From NCBI GenBank assembly GCA_964035545.1, contig OZ037765.1, positions 10,736,698-10,800,697 of the forward strand: DNA of 64,000 nucleotides. Direction: 5' to 3'. This document shows, in pieces, positions 12,401-24,800 of the stretch. This DNA is from Bugula neritina (taxonomy: Eukaryota > Animalia > Bryozoa). Under the pieces are notes generated by a model. It was given only the letters and a program-made list of their open reading frames with translations, was not told the origin of the DNA and did no database searches. The translations under genes were made by a program, and so were the position numbers. Each line of letters starts with the position of its first letter. Within the stretch, counting starts at the first letter, position 1.

Positions 12401-12944
12401 GTTCAGAATTGTCTCCTCATTCCACCAAATGCCCTTCAATAATTGTTATTCCTTTATATACAATGACCATAGTTGTGCTATCAATCGCTGCTTTCCTTTT
12501 TTCAATTTTCTTCTGTGACATGACATGGGCTCAAACTATGATCATGAAGAGCGTCATGTGTTGCCATATACCACTGTCTGGTTAGGCTATATGGCAGCCA
12601 TTGTATTTTTTAAACTATACTTATATGTCTTAGATTTCATTTACTAATGCAGCTGTATTATTTATTTTAAAAACCTTCAAATTTTCAAGCAGGGTTCTCT
12701 TTCAGATGCCCATTTGTGCACAGCATTCATGCTCTTAGACATCTTGAACTTTCACTTGTTAGCCCAAGTGACTTACCTGTATTTCTAAGATGGAAAAACC
12801 CAAAAACATATTCAATTGAATAAGTTATTGCTCTGCTATATATAGCTCTGTTCTATATGATGACCAAGAAAGAGTAGATAGCATAAAAAGTTGTCTTACC
12901 AATTCCTCAGGTTGTCTCCGACCAAGTAATGCCTTGATCCCCAT
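9408..12944 (-). CDS. TMEM249: TMEM249 (CatSper theta subunit) homologue, ~232 aa, 5 coding exons
   Basis: Exons 12900-12944, 11617-11790, 10859-11099, 10176-10261 and 9408-9560 (699 nt, in phase). Motifs KKNPFWPF..NVYQL, two hydrophobic segments, RTYVL..IYQFFI..HNIYIRL..LVLDGYGIEP and LGMKIAKRLDINFFD..SRLHKIRH parallel recalled human TMEM249 motifs (KNNSFYPF..NVFVL; HLVYVRL..LVLGGHRLEP; LGRYIARKLNINYFD..SYRHVVRH). Confidence 0.85.
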
Positions 12945-14006
12945 TCTTTAGACACCTTGTTTAAATCAAAGCTCAATTTATATTGTTTGCCAAAGCAAAG
13001 TTAAGATTCTACAGATTCATTATTTAATGAAGATTTACTTTTAGTTGATTAAAAAAATTGTAATAATCCAGTTTTTCATTATGCTAACAATATCTTTATT
13101 GTTGAATTTTATGAAAAATTTTGTTGGACAAAAAAATAATGTGCTATTGTTGAACGCGAACTCACGAAATTTATGTTAATAATTTCATTATTTAATTTTT
13201 TTGCATTGCGTATTTACATTATATTTACATGCTTTTATGTCCTCCTTATAAAAATATATGAAAATGTATTGTCACGGTGTAGTTTTAAATCTTTCACACA
13301 ATATATACAAAATGTGAACAACTTTCACTTTTTTTATCCTGTATTGCTTATGTACTATAACCTTAATTTATCATGATTTTAATAATAGTTATCTTTAAAA
13401 GTTTAAACTTTTTATGAATGTGTATAAGTTGTATACTTCATTCAAAGTTACAAATGGCATCTTTGCAATTTATATAATAACAGTTACATAAATAATGATA
13501 ACAGAGCTTTTGTGCAAAACATGATTTCAACCAACTATTTTGCAACTTTCTTTTAATATTTGTAGTGCTCATGCCTACACAACTAATAACGCAATAAATA
13601 AAAAGCATTAAACATATTATTGCAGCCCTAATTCAATGTATTGCATTCACAATGACAGCAAATAATAATACAAGGTTTTCAGACAACAGCAATAATTAGC
13701 ATAATTTGAAATTTGTTAAACATCAACAGTGAAAAAATAGGTGAATCTTTGAACGACTTAAAATATTACTTGAAAAGACACATAAGTCATGGAATCCTCA
13801 TATTTTGTGTTGGGTGGAAGACGGGGATATACATCACAATAATTATGGTGTATACTGACACTGGGCCTCAGTCTATATTGAGTATACACTGATGTCAATT
13901 TTATCACTAGCTTGGGTTACTACATCTATGCTGCTTCACTACTAACACAGTCATTATAATGTCAACTTTATAGAGAGTTGCCAGCTAAAGTATAAGCTAT
14001 CGCTAA

Positions 14007-14649
14007 CTAGCTCAATGTTGGGGTGTATTTTCTCATTGGAGCACTGCCCATCCGGTGTCCACTAGCACTGTGAAGTTGTCTTCTTTCTGTCAAATACCAA
14101 AGGTAATACGTTTATGTTACTCTATATTGATGACATAAGCTTAAAGTAAGTTAGCAATTTATTTAAATCAATGATTGCTAGAGTATTTTAGTAGTAGGTA
14201 TTGTTTTAATGTCTAAAACATTGAAAACGTCTAAATAGAACGTGAGCAACATCTATCAAGGCTGAAACAAGAATACTGCGCAAGTTTAAAACTTCAGAGC
14301 AGTAGTAAATTTTTCCTCACCTGTAAATCTTTTGGACATCAAAGATGACTTTGGCCTGATAGCTTTGGCAGCATTGGGCTCAACTTTGGCGCAGTTTCTT
14401 TCATTACTGAAAATCAGTTAGAAATTATTATCGATAGGCAAACAACTATTTGTACCAAATGTTTTCATAATGTGCTGAGATTTAGACAATTCTTTCTTCT
14501 GTTATTAGATAAAAACTGTTAGAGCATTATATGATGGAACAGGTCTACTAAAGTTGCGTTTATACCTCTGCTGAAAAAGTACCGAGTTTAAGTTAATAAT
14601 GCTTGTCCAGGTACCCCTTTATAGTCAAACTGAAACTCCTTGAAATCAT
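14007..14649 (-). CDS. Possible 66-aa basic spliced ORF, or 5'UTR exons of TMEM249
   Basis: Segments 14615-14649, 14321-14406 and 14007-14086 join in phase as MISRSFSLTIKGNERNCAKVEPNAAKAIRPKSSLMSKRFTERRQLHSASGHRMGSAPMRKYTPTLS*. The middle exon has strong TTTCAG/GTGAG signals; the first donor is weak. Confidence 0.3.
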
Positions 14650-15619
14650 ATTGATGCGGCTGCTCACTTTCTGAAATTGAAATTTGACTCGCATAATAGC
14701 TATTTGATGCCCTTTGTAAACGTCGTGAATTAGTGAAGCGGAAAGCATAAAAGCGATAATTGAAAAGGCGTAGGCTATATAATTATAACCGTATAAGTAC
14801 GTTGTCTAATCGCCAAAGTAATAACTAAATAACGATGTTTACAAGGAGTTATTACTCCTATTCTAAAATTGGCCGATTAAGTTATCACAGTACAAAAATT
14901 TCAACGAGTGCCTTTTACAATGCAATGCAACTCGGAGAAATTTCAACCCGGCCAAATTGAATTTTTGACCGAAAATCGTGAAGGTATAAACGCAACTTTA
15001 ATTTTTATAAAAAGAAAAAGAAATTATTTTATAAACTGAATATTTGTACAATATCTTACACCATAATAATATTTTGTTAGTGTAATACAAAAAATTTAAA
15101 CAGTGTAGAACAACAAACAAAACAATATACTAAACTCATAAATAATTGTTTCAATTCTAAACAAGATAACTTATATAACAGCAAAAGAAAAACTATTGCA
15201 TTTAAAATAGCATGAGTTAAACACTTGCTATGTTGAATTTATTGGTGGCAGTTTGTGGGGCGGGCGTGTAGAGATGGAGCGCTTATACTTAACACAATCT
15301 CTCAACCTGGGACACACAAGTACAGCTACATTGTGCATATCAGATGTCATGTTTTGTGTTACTTTTCAACTCTTTTCTTATTTACAACATCACATGCATC
15401 TCTGGCTTTAACACCAGTTTATAATAAGACTTTTAGCTAGAGGCATTTTAAAACCTCCGTTGAAAAGAATAAACTTTTGTTTGCACTAAAAATAGCAATA
15501 GGCAGGGAAAAGTATAACAAAACAATTTCATCAAAGTTCTTTCAAAAATTGTCAATTTATTTTATGAGTGTAAGCTTGATTTTTTTGGATAAAGATATTA
15601 GTAAGACATTAAAGGGAGC

Positions 15620-15765
15620 AGCTGTGATCTATAATCTAGTAATTAGAGCACTGGCTTAGTAGACACAATGTAAGTAGTTTGAATCCAAGTAAAGTCTATT
15701 GGTGATGTTAGAAAGGGCATTCAGTCAAAACTGCTCTTTTTCCACAATAAAAAACAAGTCCCTAG
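15620..15765 (+). mobile_element. Possible decayed tRNA-derived SINE fragment
   Basis: Degenerate A-box (TAGTAATTAGAGC) and B-box-like GTTTGAATCC (~15677), followed by a GAAAGGGCATTCAG motif and an A-rich tail. Confidence 0.3.
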
Positions 15766-15863
15766 CTTGCCTTTAATACCCTTTTCACCAGGGGTTCTAA
15801 CAGAGATATAGACATAAACCCACCTACCCACCCAATCATAAAACATTAGCCTGATTAGATATT

Positions 15864-18800
15864 CTATGTATATAAAGGAAGACCAAAGCGTCTATCATCG
15901 TCATGCCAGCATAAGTTTTGAAGCACTTCAATAATATGCAAAATTTCTAAGAAAAGACTTAGTAAATTTAAATCAAACCTTTTCAGATAGAGTGGATGAG
16001 AGTTCTCAGACTCAGAAACAGCACCTTTGTTAGAATGAGTATGAGACGTACTACCAGGCAGCACTGTAGCATTTATCACCGAAGAACTTGGACTAGAGTC
16101 TTCATACCCAGAGCTGTGTTTGTGTGGAGCATTTATCCAAGCCACAGCCTAAATAAATAAACAGATCTCAGTTAGAGTGAGAGTTTCAAAAGTAATCACA
16201 TTAATGAGGTGGTATGCTTCCAATTGTATGAGGTATCTTTTCATTACCTAATGCATGCCAATATTATATAACAAAGATTTCAGACTAATTGAGAGTTGTC
16301 TACTCAAAATTATGCTAATCCTTGTGGTTTGTTTTATCAACATAACAAAGCTGTCCTAGTGTTAAGTCTCACTTTATGAAAATATTCTCTTGTTGTTTAT
16401 TTTTGTGTTGACTGCTAACATAGAAATTAAAAATAAACTGCTACCTTTTCCTTTCTATTTTTTTATAAAAGAATTAATAAAATCTAAAATCAGCTGATGT
16501 TTTCAAACATGGTACGTTGTGACAGCCGTAAAATTAGTTACTTAAAAACTCACAGAACAAGCTACATTTATCTTGGTAAAAAAATAGCAGTATGGGTTTG
16601 ATTTTTTATTTCGTAGATGGAGCATTTTTCAAAGCAAATGGCTTATGAGTTGCCAGCATCACAAAAAAACTAATTTGCAATTGTTTTCAAATTGCTTTAT
16701 GATAAAAAAAAACAAACACTTGCCTTCCCCTTGGAGTTACACAAGACTGTTGTACACTCTGGCCCAGTGCCCCACCTCTCTTTCTCCGATCTTACAAACT
16801 GGTTTGGTGGTTGGTGTAGCTCGGCAGAACAAAGGCCTGAAAAGACGGTAATGAAAGACCCGGCTCTGAACGTCAACCTGTCAGGAAAGGTGAACTGACT
16901 AACTGGTATTCCTGAAACGTTTTGACGTATCGAGTACTTCCCAAGCTCAATATCCTAAAATATAACAAATTTATAAATGGTGTATTGTTTACTGTCAAAA
17001 CATATTTTTATGTTAGAAAAATAAGGCATGCACATATTATTGTGGATATTTTATATCAACCATTGCCTATTACTTTTAGAATAATTATTTTTCTATGAAA
17101 ATTAGCAATTGGTTAGCAACTTGCTATTTCAAAAATTGTCATGCAAAGTCTTATACACACACGCACACACAAGCACACACATATGCAATACACATATGCA
17201 ATACACATATGCAATACACATATGCAATACACATATGCAATACACATATGCAATACACATATGCAATACACATGCATACACAGACAGACAGATTTTATGT
17301 GTGTGCCTGTGCGTGCCTGTGTGTGCTTGTATGTGCCTGTGTGTGTAACATAGAAATAGTTGCAGTACGTGTATGTTCAACAGCTAGTATAACATGGTGA
17401 TAAAACAATTACCATTGAGCCAGAGCTGTTGTATAGTATAGCATATCTTCCATCAGGACTCACTTCATGAATGGTGAGAGACCCCAAAGAGCTGTCAAAG
17501 AGCATTTCAGATCAATAGAATATTATATTTTCATTTATATTATATAATTATAGAATAGAATAGAACACATTATAATATTATTCATACCATTATAAAATAC
17601 AATACACTATATTATATAATTTATATTATCCTAGCCAACAATATACATGTAACCCCTATTAAATCTTTTATATAATTATATAATAAGAATAGATCAATAT
17701 AGTATATTTTAATTATCTTTTATTATTGTAAAATAGAACACGTTGTTAAAATTATTTGCATTATCGTATAATATAACATGTATATTATTAAAGAATAGAA
17801 TGTGTTATAATCCATACACTGATAAAATCCAATATATTATATTACTACTTATACTATAATAATTATGTATTGAAAGCACAATATTGTCATGATAACACCT
17901 ATAACAAAAGTATTGCAATGGTCATTTCAATGCTTAATGAAGGCATTTCAAATAATTGGAGATGTAATGTTGTATAGTCAAAATGCTATACATATGCATT
18001 GCAGTTTATCCTCAACCAAGCACCCAATTTACTAAAGAAAAAAAAAGTATACGCACCTCTTGGGCATAGAATTTGGCAGCTTTCCTGACAGACAGCTTCT
18101 GGTTCCTGCACGTTGAGATGCAGAATATACTCTTTCATAGCCTGGTTTCTGCTCAAACAGCTCTCTGAAGTAACTCTTCCCTTTACCGAGCTCTTTAGAC
18201 GGCACCCTATGTTGTTTATTGAGTGTAACCTTAGCACTCCGCCCTGCTGCAATAGGCAAACAATATATCTTCAAACTAAATGCTTCATCAGGTGTTAACA
18301 AAATAGTGCATGTTTTACTTAAATAACTAAAATGGTATAACCATTATTACCCTTATAATTTTGTTGAGCGTGTGGTAGCCTATATACTTTACATGAGTTG
18401 CTAAGTATCAAACACCACAAATCAACTAATGGAATTACACTTTAGATTTAAAAAAGATAAATTTAGAGAATCAGCTACAAGTTGTATGTGAAAAGCACTA
18501 ATTATGTTAAACTAAAGTTTGTAATTAGGTTATAAGTGTGTTTTTGTATTTATGAGCAAATGTTAAATTTTATTATTTACTGTGGGATTCTAGTAAAGAA
18601 ATTATCTAAATAACTTAATTTACTGTTAACTGCTAAATTATATAAGTCATGAGCTCAGACCCATTACATAATATTAGCAAATAACCTTCATCAAATGACT
18701 TACTCAATCTTGATTACAATTCACATGATAATAAGTAATAATTTACATAATTTGACAATATTTTGCACAAATACATCAAATATTCATCACAAATTTATAC

Positions 18801-21800
18801 TTTATTCTAGAATGTTTGATGGTGATAGAACTATGTCTACACAAAGCAACATCTGGTGTACAACAGAACTGTATAGGTGAAAGCAGTAGTCACAGCTATA
18901 TGGTAGATCACTAAATACAAACATAATATTTTGTGTTACAAGGTCATGTGATGACATGGTTGTGGGCCACACAAATATGATGATAATATTGGACACATAA
19001 CTCCAATTTTCACAATGCTACGGAAATCTACTGAATTATACTACCTCATCTCTTAACCTGAAATCAAGAAAATGCTGATTAGTAAAACACACATTAATAA
19101 CACAGCTGTTTCTGAGAATATCAATAATAGGTATTAGCATTTGAAAATTACTCGTAATTTTTGTACAGCTATAATATAACTACTGATAATATATGTAAGT
19201 GTGTACAAACAACTAGTTTTATGTGAAGCATTAGATAAGTGCAGCATATGAGAAACCATCTACCAGCTAATTATTGAACCATTTGCAAAATTCAATCAGG
19301 TAATTAGCTGTTTAAGAAGAACAGCATTTCTGCACACAATGTTTATTGCTTGTGGTCATCGAACATCTTGTAATGACAATGTTAAATTAAAATATTGTCA
19401 ATTTAGGCTGTGCAGCGACAACAATATTTTTTAAGGTGCCTTTAGAAAGCATATTAAAGAAAGTAAACAAATTTGCACTAAAATTAGTTGTTAATTATGG
19501 TGAAAATTGTATCAAATAGTTTTGCTTTTCAGTACAAATCAGGTAATGTTTGTAAATGTAACTATTGTAAGCAGAAGAAGTTGCTTAAATAAGCTAAGCT
19601 AAGCTACAGACATGTTGGGTTGTAGACCTACCGGGAGCTGATTGAGCTCTACAGCTCAAGTTTGTATGCTCCTCAGGTATCAGCACCTCGTAACCAGTTG
19701 GTGGTTCATGTTTCTCAGAAGGATTAAACTGAGCATAGTCTATAGCTGGTAGTGGAGAACACAACTCCGAAGACTGAGATGCTTCATCAGAAAAAACTGG
19801 AGCAAATTTGCTGTAATTGCCATTTTGTGTACTTAGGACAGGCTTTCTACAAAGTTATAATTAGCGTATTTCACACAACAAGTGATGCAGATGGTTTCTA
19901 TAAAATGTAATCAGCAAAGATTTAGACACAATAAAATTACAACATACTTCATGTCTTGCTCATACATGTTGTAGTAGGGCAGGTCAATGGTATTAGCAGC
20001 AGGTAGTTGCTCTGAACTTCTCAAATCAGCCACTGTGGTAAATAGTTTATGCTGACAGTCATTTAATTTACTTTTAACTTCTTGTACTTGTTTAGCAATG
20101 CTGTCCTTCACAATGACTAGACTCTCTTCCGCAGCTCGATTAGCTTGTTCTTCCAGTGTCAACTAAAATAAATTCAATATATACATGCACACATATGCGT
20201 GCATGGGTGTGTGCATGGCTGTGTGCATGGGTGTATGCATGTGTGTGTGTGAGTGTAAAGTATCACAGTTTTTCCAAAAGCAATCGCGTGTTTGGTTGAG
20301 TTATGACATGAATGCTGAAACTGATGTGTGTGCATGAGTAGCTCAGATTTTATATTTTAAATGCACAGTAATAAGAAGAATCTATATGTGGTTGTAACAA
20401 TTATTGAACTTTGATTTTAACATTTGTACTACAGAGCCTATTTGTTACTATAAAACTATCTAACTATTGTACATACTACACAGTAATATTATTACTTTCT
20501 CCTGTCATATAGAAAAGTAAATACTAAGCACACGATCAGGAATAATAATTGGTTTTCAAGGGAATTTTTCAATAGTTGGATAATAATTGGATAAATAGTT
20601 AGATAATAATGGTTGTATTGGGTTGTTAAATTGTTTTAGTTTCTGTTTTTCTTAAAAGTTATTTCTGTTATCTAATTATGCAAAGAGATCTCTGCAAGAG
20701 CTGATATTTGATATGTACCCATGCATTATCCTGAGGCTTTATAACAGCAATAGACAGATTAATGACAAATACAAATTAAGTTATAAACTTCACTGCTTAG
20801 TTTAAAAAATATGAAAAATTAATTGACATCACAATAGTAGCCACATGAAATAATGACTTCAAGTAGAATTATGAGCAGCATTATTAAAATAGCAGGCTAC
20901 ACTTTTATTCAGTTTCTTGATAATTAACTTTCAATGTGACACGATGTGTATTTCAACAATGTCAATATCACAAATGAAAGGAACACTTGGATTTAGTTAA
21001 AAGCTAACAAAAATGTCAACAATAGAACAAACAGTGCCATAAATATGAAGGAAACCTTAAAGTAGATTTTTCTAAAATTCAGTTTTCAAGTCTGCTCGTT
21101 TAAGGTAATCGCTGACTAAAATATTTACCATTACAATAAAGACAGTAGGCTATGTGTAAACAGAGTTGTTACAAAGAGAGAGATGCACTAAACAGAGTAG
21201 CAAGCATACATACCTCTCCTTGCAGCTTCCTGATTTCTAGATTGAGCTCTTCGATGCAATCTGTTAGTCGAGTATTCTCAGCCCGAGCTACTTCAAATGA
21301 CTTTCTGTTTTTCTCTATTTTTGTCTTTAATTCTGATAACTTCAAAGTATAGAGCAGTTGAGGTTTGTAAATAAGTCTCACATTAAATTTACTGGGAATC
21401 ATATATAACATAAACTAATTGTTGATAAGATGGCAGAATAAATGCATACTTTAATTGTATTTTAAAGTTGTAAACTTTTTCAACATATCACTGCTATACC
21501 CTGCACTTCAAAATACTGCACTGGCCCCCATTGCACTGCATGCACTTTCCTACAGTACACTGTAATGCACTACACTAGACTACAGTGCACTACACTGCAT
21601 ACCTAACACTACACTACACTACTTCGCCACACACTACACTACATTACACTAACTACGCTCCAATGTACTGCACCACACTGCACTATATACTTTACACTAA
21701 AATACATTTCACTACCCTACACAATACACTAGAATATATTACACTATAGTCTATGCTACAATGCCCTACACTGTACTGCACTGCTCTTTATAACCGCTTT

Positions 21801-24800
21801 TACTTGTGTGTACTAATTTGTTTAGTGTAAAACTGTGGGTGCTACCATCTTCATCAAAACTAATTTTAAAGAAGATAATTTGTATTTATTTGAGTGGTTT
21901 AACCATATCGCACAATTTGAATGAAAAACCAATGAACATTGAGAAACAAAAAACTTAAGCTATTTAGAAAATAGTATCTCCAAACACACGGAGTTGTTTC
22001 ATCCAACATCTAGATTGTGGTAATAAATCACCCAATACAAGAGTGTAGGCTAGAGGAGGAACAACATACTTTGTTATTAGCTGCCAGGTTTGTATTGAAC
22101 TTGCACTCAGTCAGCTGCCTCTCGCAGTCACGAGTAGCAGACGTTAAATCTCTCAGAGCCAGAGCTTTAAGCTCTGTCGACACTGGTGAAGTATTCAATT
22201 CGTTCTCCAACTGAGTGACTGTGTCAGATGCAGTAGCTAAATTCTCCTGCAACACATTCAATGTGATACCAACTATAGCTACTCTATGGGTAACCCAACT
22301 GTTAGATATACTTGCTATGAAACCTTTGTAAAGGTACATTGATGTCAGAGCATGTAGTAACAGCCTATTGTATTAATGTTATGTGATTGAGTGCTAGACA
22401 CTGTGAAGAACAATGATGCCATCTAGTTATATAGCTATACCGAGGTAAATAAACTCCAGATGGCTTCACAGAATGCTCACTGGTGAGTGATAACTTTTCA
22501 ACTCGATACACTACAGGTTACTAATATAACTTTGACAAAGTAGTCACAAACAAGTATGCAATTATATGCAAAACAATAAAACTTATCAAAGTATCTAACT
22601 CAACTGATAAACGTTAAAAATATTTCTTTGTAAGAAGACGATAATTCAGTACCAGCACTTATTAAAATTGTTTGTATTTGTTTATAAAAAAAATTAATTG
22701 CATATTTCAATAAGAACTGTCAAGTTTTTTTTGGTCAATAAGTTAGGGCGTCAATGTGTCAATCAACTTTATAGACTAAAGAGTATAGAATTGTGATAAC
22801 TACCTTTAATAGTGTAACCTGTTGGTTTGCTGTTTGAGTGTTTAGCTCTAACTGATTCTCTAGAAGTCTTATTTTTGATTCAAATTCAGTATTGTGGTGA
22901 GAAATATCTTCCAGTCTAAAATTATAAAACACCAATTAGCGTACACTTGTGACAAAACGCAGATTTAACAACATTAATATTAAAATACTTACCCTTAGTA
23001 TTTAAATATCCTATATAATCAAACCGCATGAAGCAATGGCTATTTGTATGAAATCAAATGTCTAACTGGTGTTCAGAATAACAAATTACATATTATAAGG
23101 TTTGTTACAGTCTACTCATTAAACTTTGAAATAGTTAAACTTACAAATCGAAATTCTTTTCACTACAGAAAATACAAACTTAAAGGGTGTACAAAAGTTC
23201 AATTAAATTAAAGATCAAATAGTTTTTGAGATGGAGCCGGCTTTTTTAGTGTGCCTGGTAATTGCCACCTTGGAGCTTTTATTAGAGAATTTATCTATTC
23301 AGTATGTGTAGCGCAAAGAGCTTTTGTTTCTATTGTCAAACTTCACCTCAAAAGGTATTTGGTCACAAGAGCTTGTAATATTTGTTTGCCTTCATCTCTA
23401 ACCAAGCATGAACAAGATAGATATTTGATAACAATTTATTTACGTAACATATTGTACCACTTGTAAGAATGCAGCACATATTTGCAAAAACATTCAAATG
23501 CATAAAACATTCTGCAGTAGCATTTATGTTACAAGTATACTTGAAGGTGAACATTAGTGCATACATATACATGTAGTCAAAGAAACAATATTTTAATGTA
23601 TAGAAAATTGATGTATGTATGCATGTTTACTAGAGAGCCGAGAGTCTTATTCAAACGTGTAGCTTATATGCACATTTTATTTAAAGCCCATAGACAGCAA
23701 CAATAATATTTATGCCTTACAAAGACAGTCTTTGCATGGTTAGCAGTGCTTTTAAAATACAGGATGGATGCCTAGTATAAATAAAGAGCCTACCTTCTTT
23801 TCATGTCACAGTTTTCATACAGTGCTTTTTTCAGTTGACTAGCACTGGTACACCTGGCCTCTTCTGTTTGCTGTCTTTCCATCTGCAGTTTATTTTGACG
23901 AATGGCATTTTCCTTCCGTTCAATAGCATTCTTCAGCGCAGATTTGTGTTGTTCCACTGCAGTATTTCTATTTGCCTGAAGCTGGATTCTAATAAAACAT
24001 AAATTGAATGTATTATGTGTATAATGACTCCATCTCGATCAATTAACTTACAGATAGGATATTGTTGTATCAACTTATCATATTCTATTTCCAAATTCTA
24101 TTTCCAAGTGTCATAACGTAAGAAATTCATAATTGTGTGCTTAAAAGTTACTTCTCTGACCATAAGAATAAAATTACGTGTTCTCAATACTACCTACTCA
24201 CTACAATACTATGCTATAGTATAGCATGCTATACTCTGCTTTGCTATACTATGCTGTGATATACTGCACTATGTTAAACTATACTATGCTATATGACACT
24301 ATGCTATGCTATACTATGTGATGTACTATAACATACTGTGCTATACTATGCTATTTAATATGCTATAATATATTGTGCTATAATGTACTATGCATGCTAT
24401 ACTGCATTATCCTATACTATAAAAATGCTAGACTATGCTATATTGTCCTATACTATAATTTGTGATATAGCACTTACTGTTGCCGTAGATTATCTATCGA
24501 TCTTGTGATAGACGCCTTATGGAAACCACACTCCGAAATATTCGAGTTGATATCATGCAACTGTGTCTGACATTCTTGAATCTTTCTTTCGTATAAATTT
24601 TTTAAACTTACTATTTCTTTTTCCATCTCATCTGCAGTCTACAGCATTTGATTGTCAAGTATATATGTGTTGGTGACCAGCAGTTTCAATTTATCAAAGA
24701 ATAAAGCAATTATATATAACCAGAGTCGTAACCATTGAACTGTATAAGTTTCAGTTCAGTGGTTGTAACACTATTCTTATGCTAATCTTGCATGCAATGC

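Noticed and set aside
12388-12780. Exon-like segments in TMEM249 intron 1
   Set aside because: Frames checked contain stops, and the TMEM249 model is complete without them.
13845-13892. Hairpin GTGTATACT...AGTATACAC as a pre-miRNA
   Set aside because: Only a 9-bp perfect stem; too short and no recognisable mature miRNA.
17095-17400. Overlapping ORFs with repeated THMQYTYAIHICN
   Set aside because: Translation of the 13-bp minisatellite and the CA/TG tracts.
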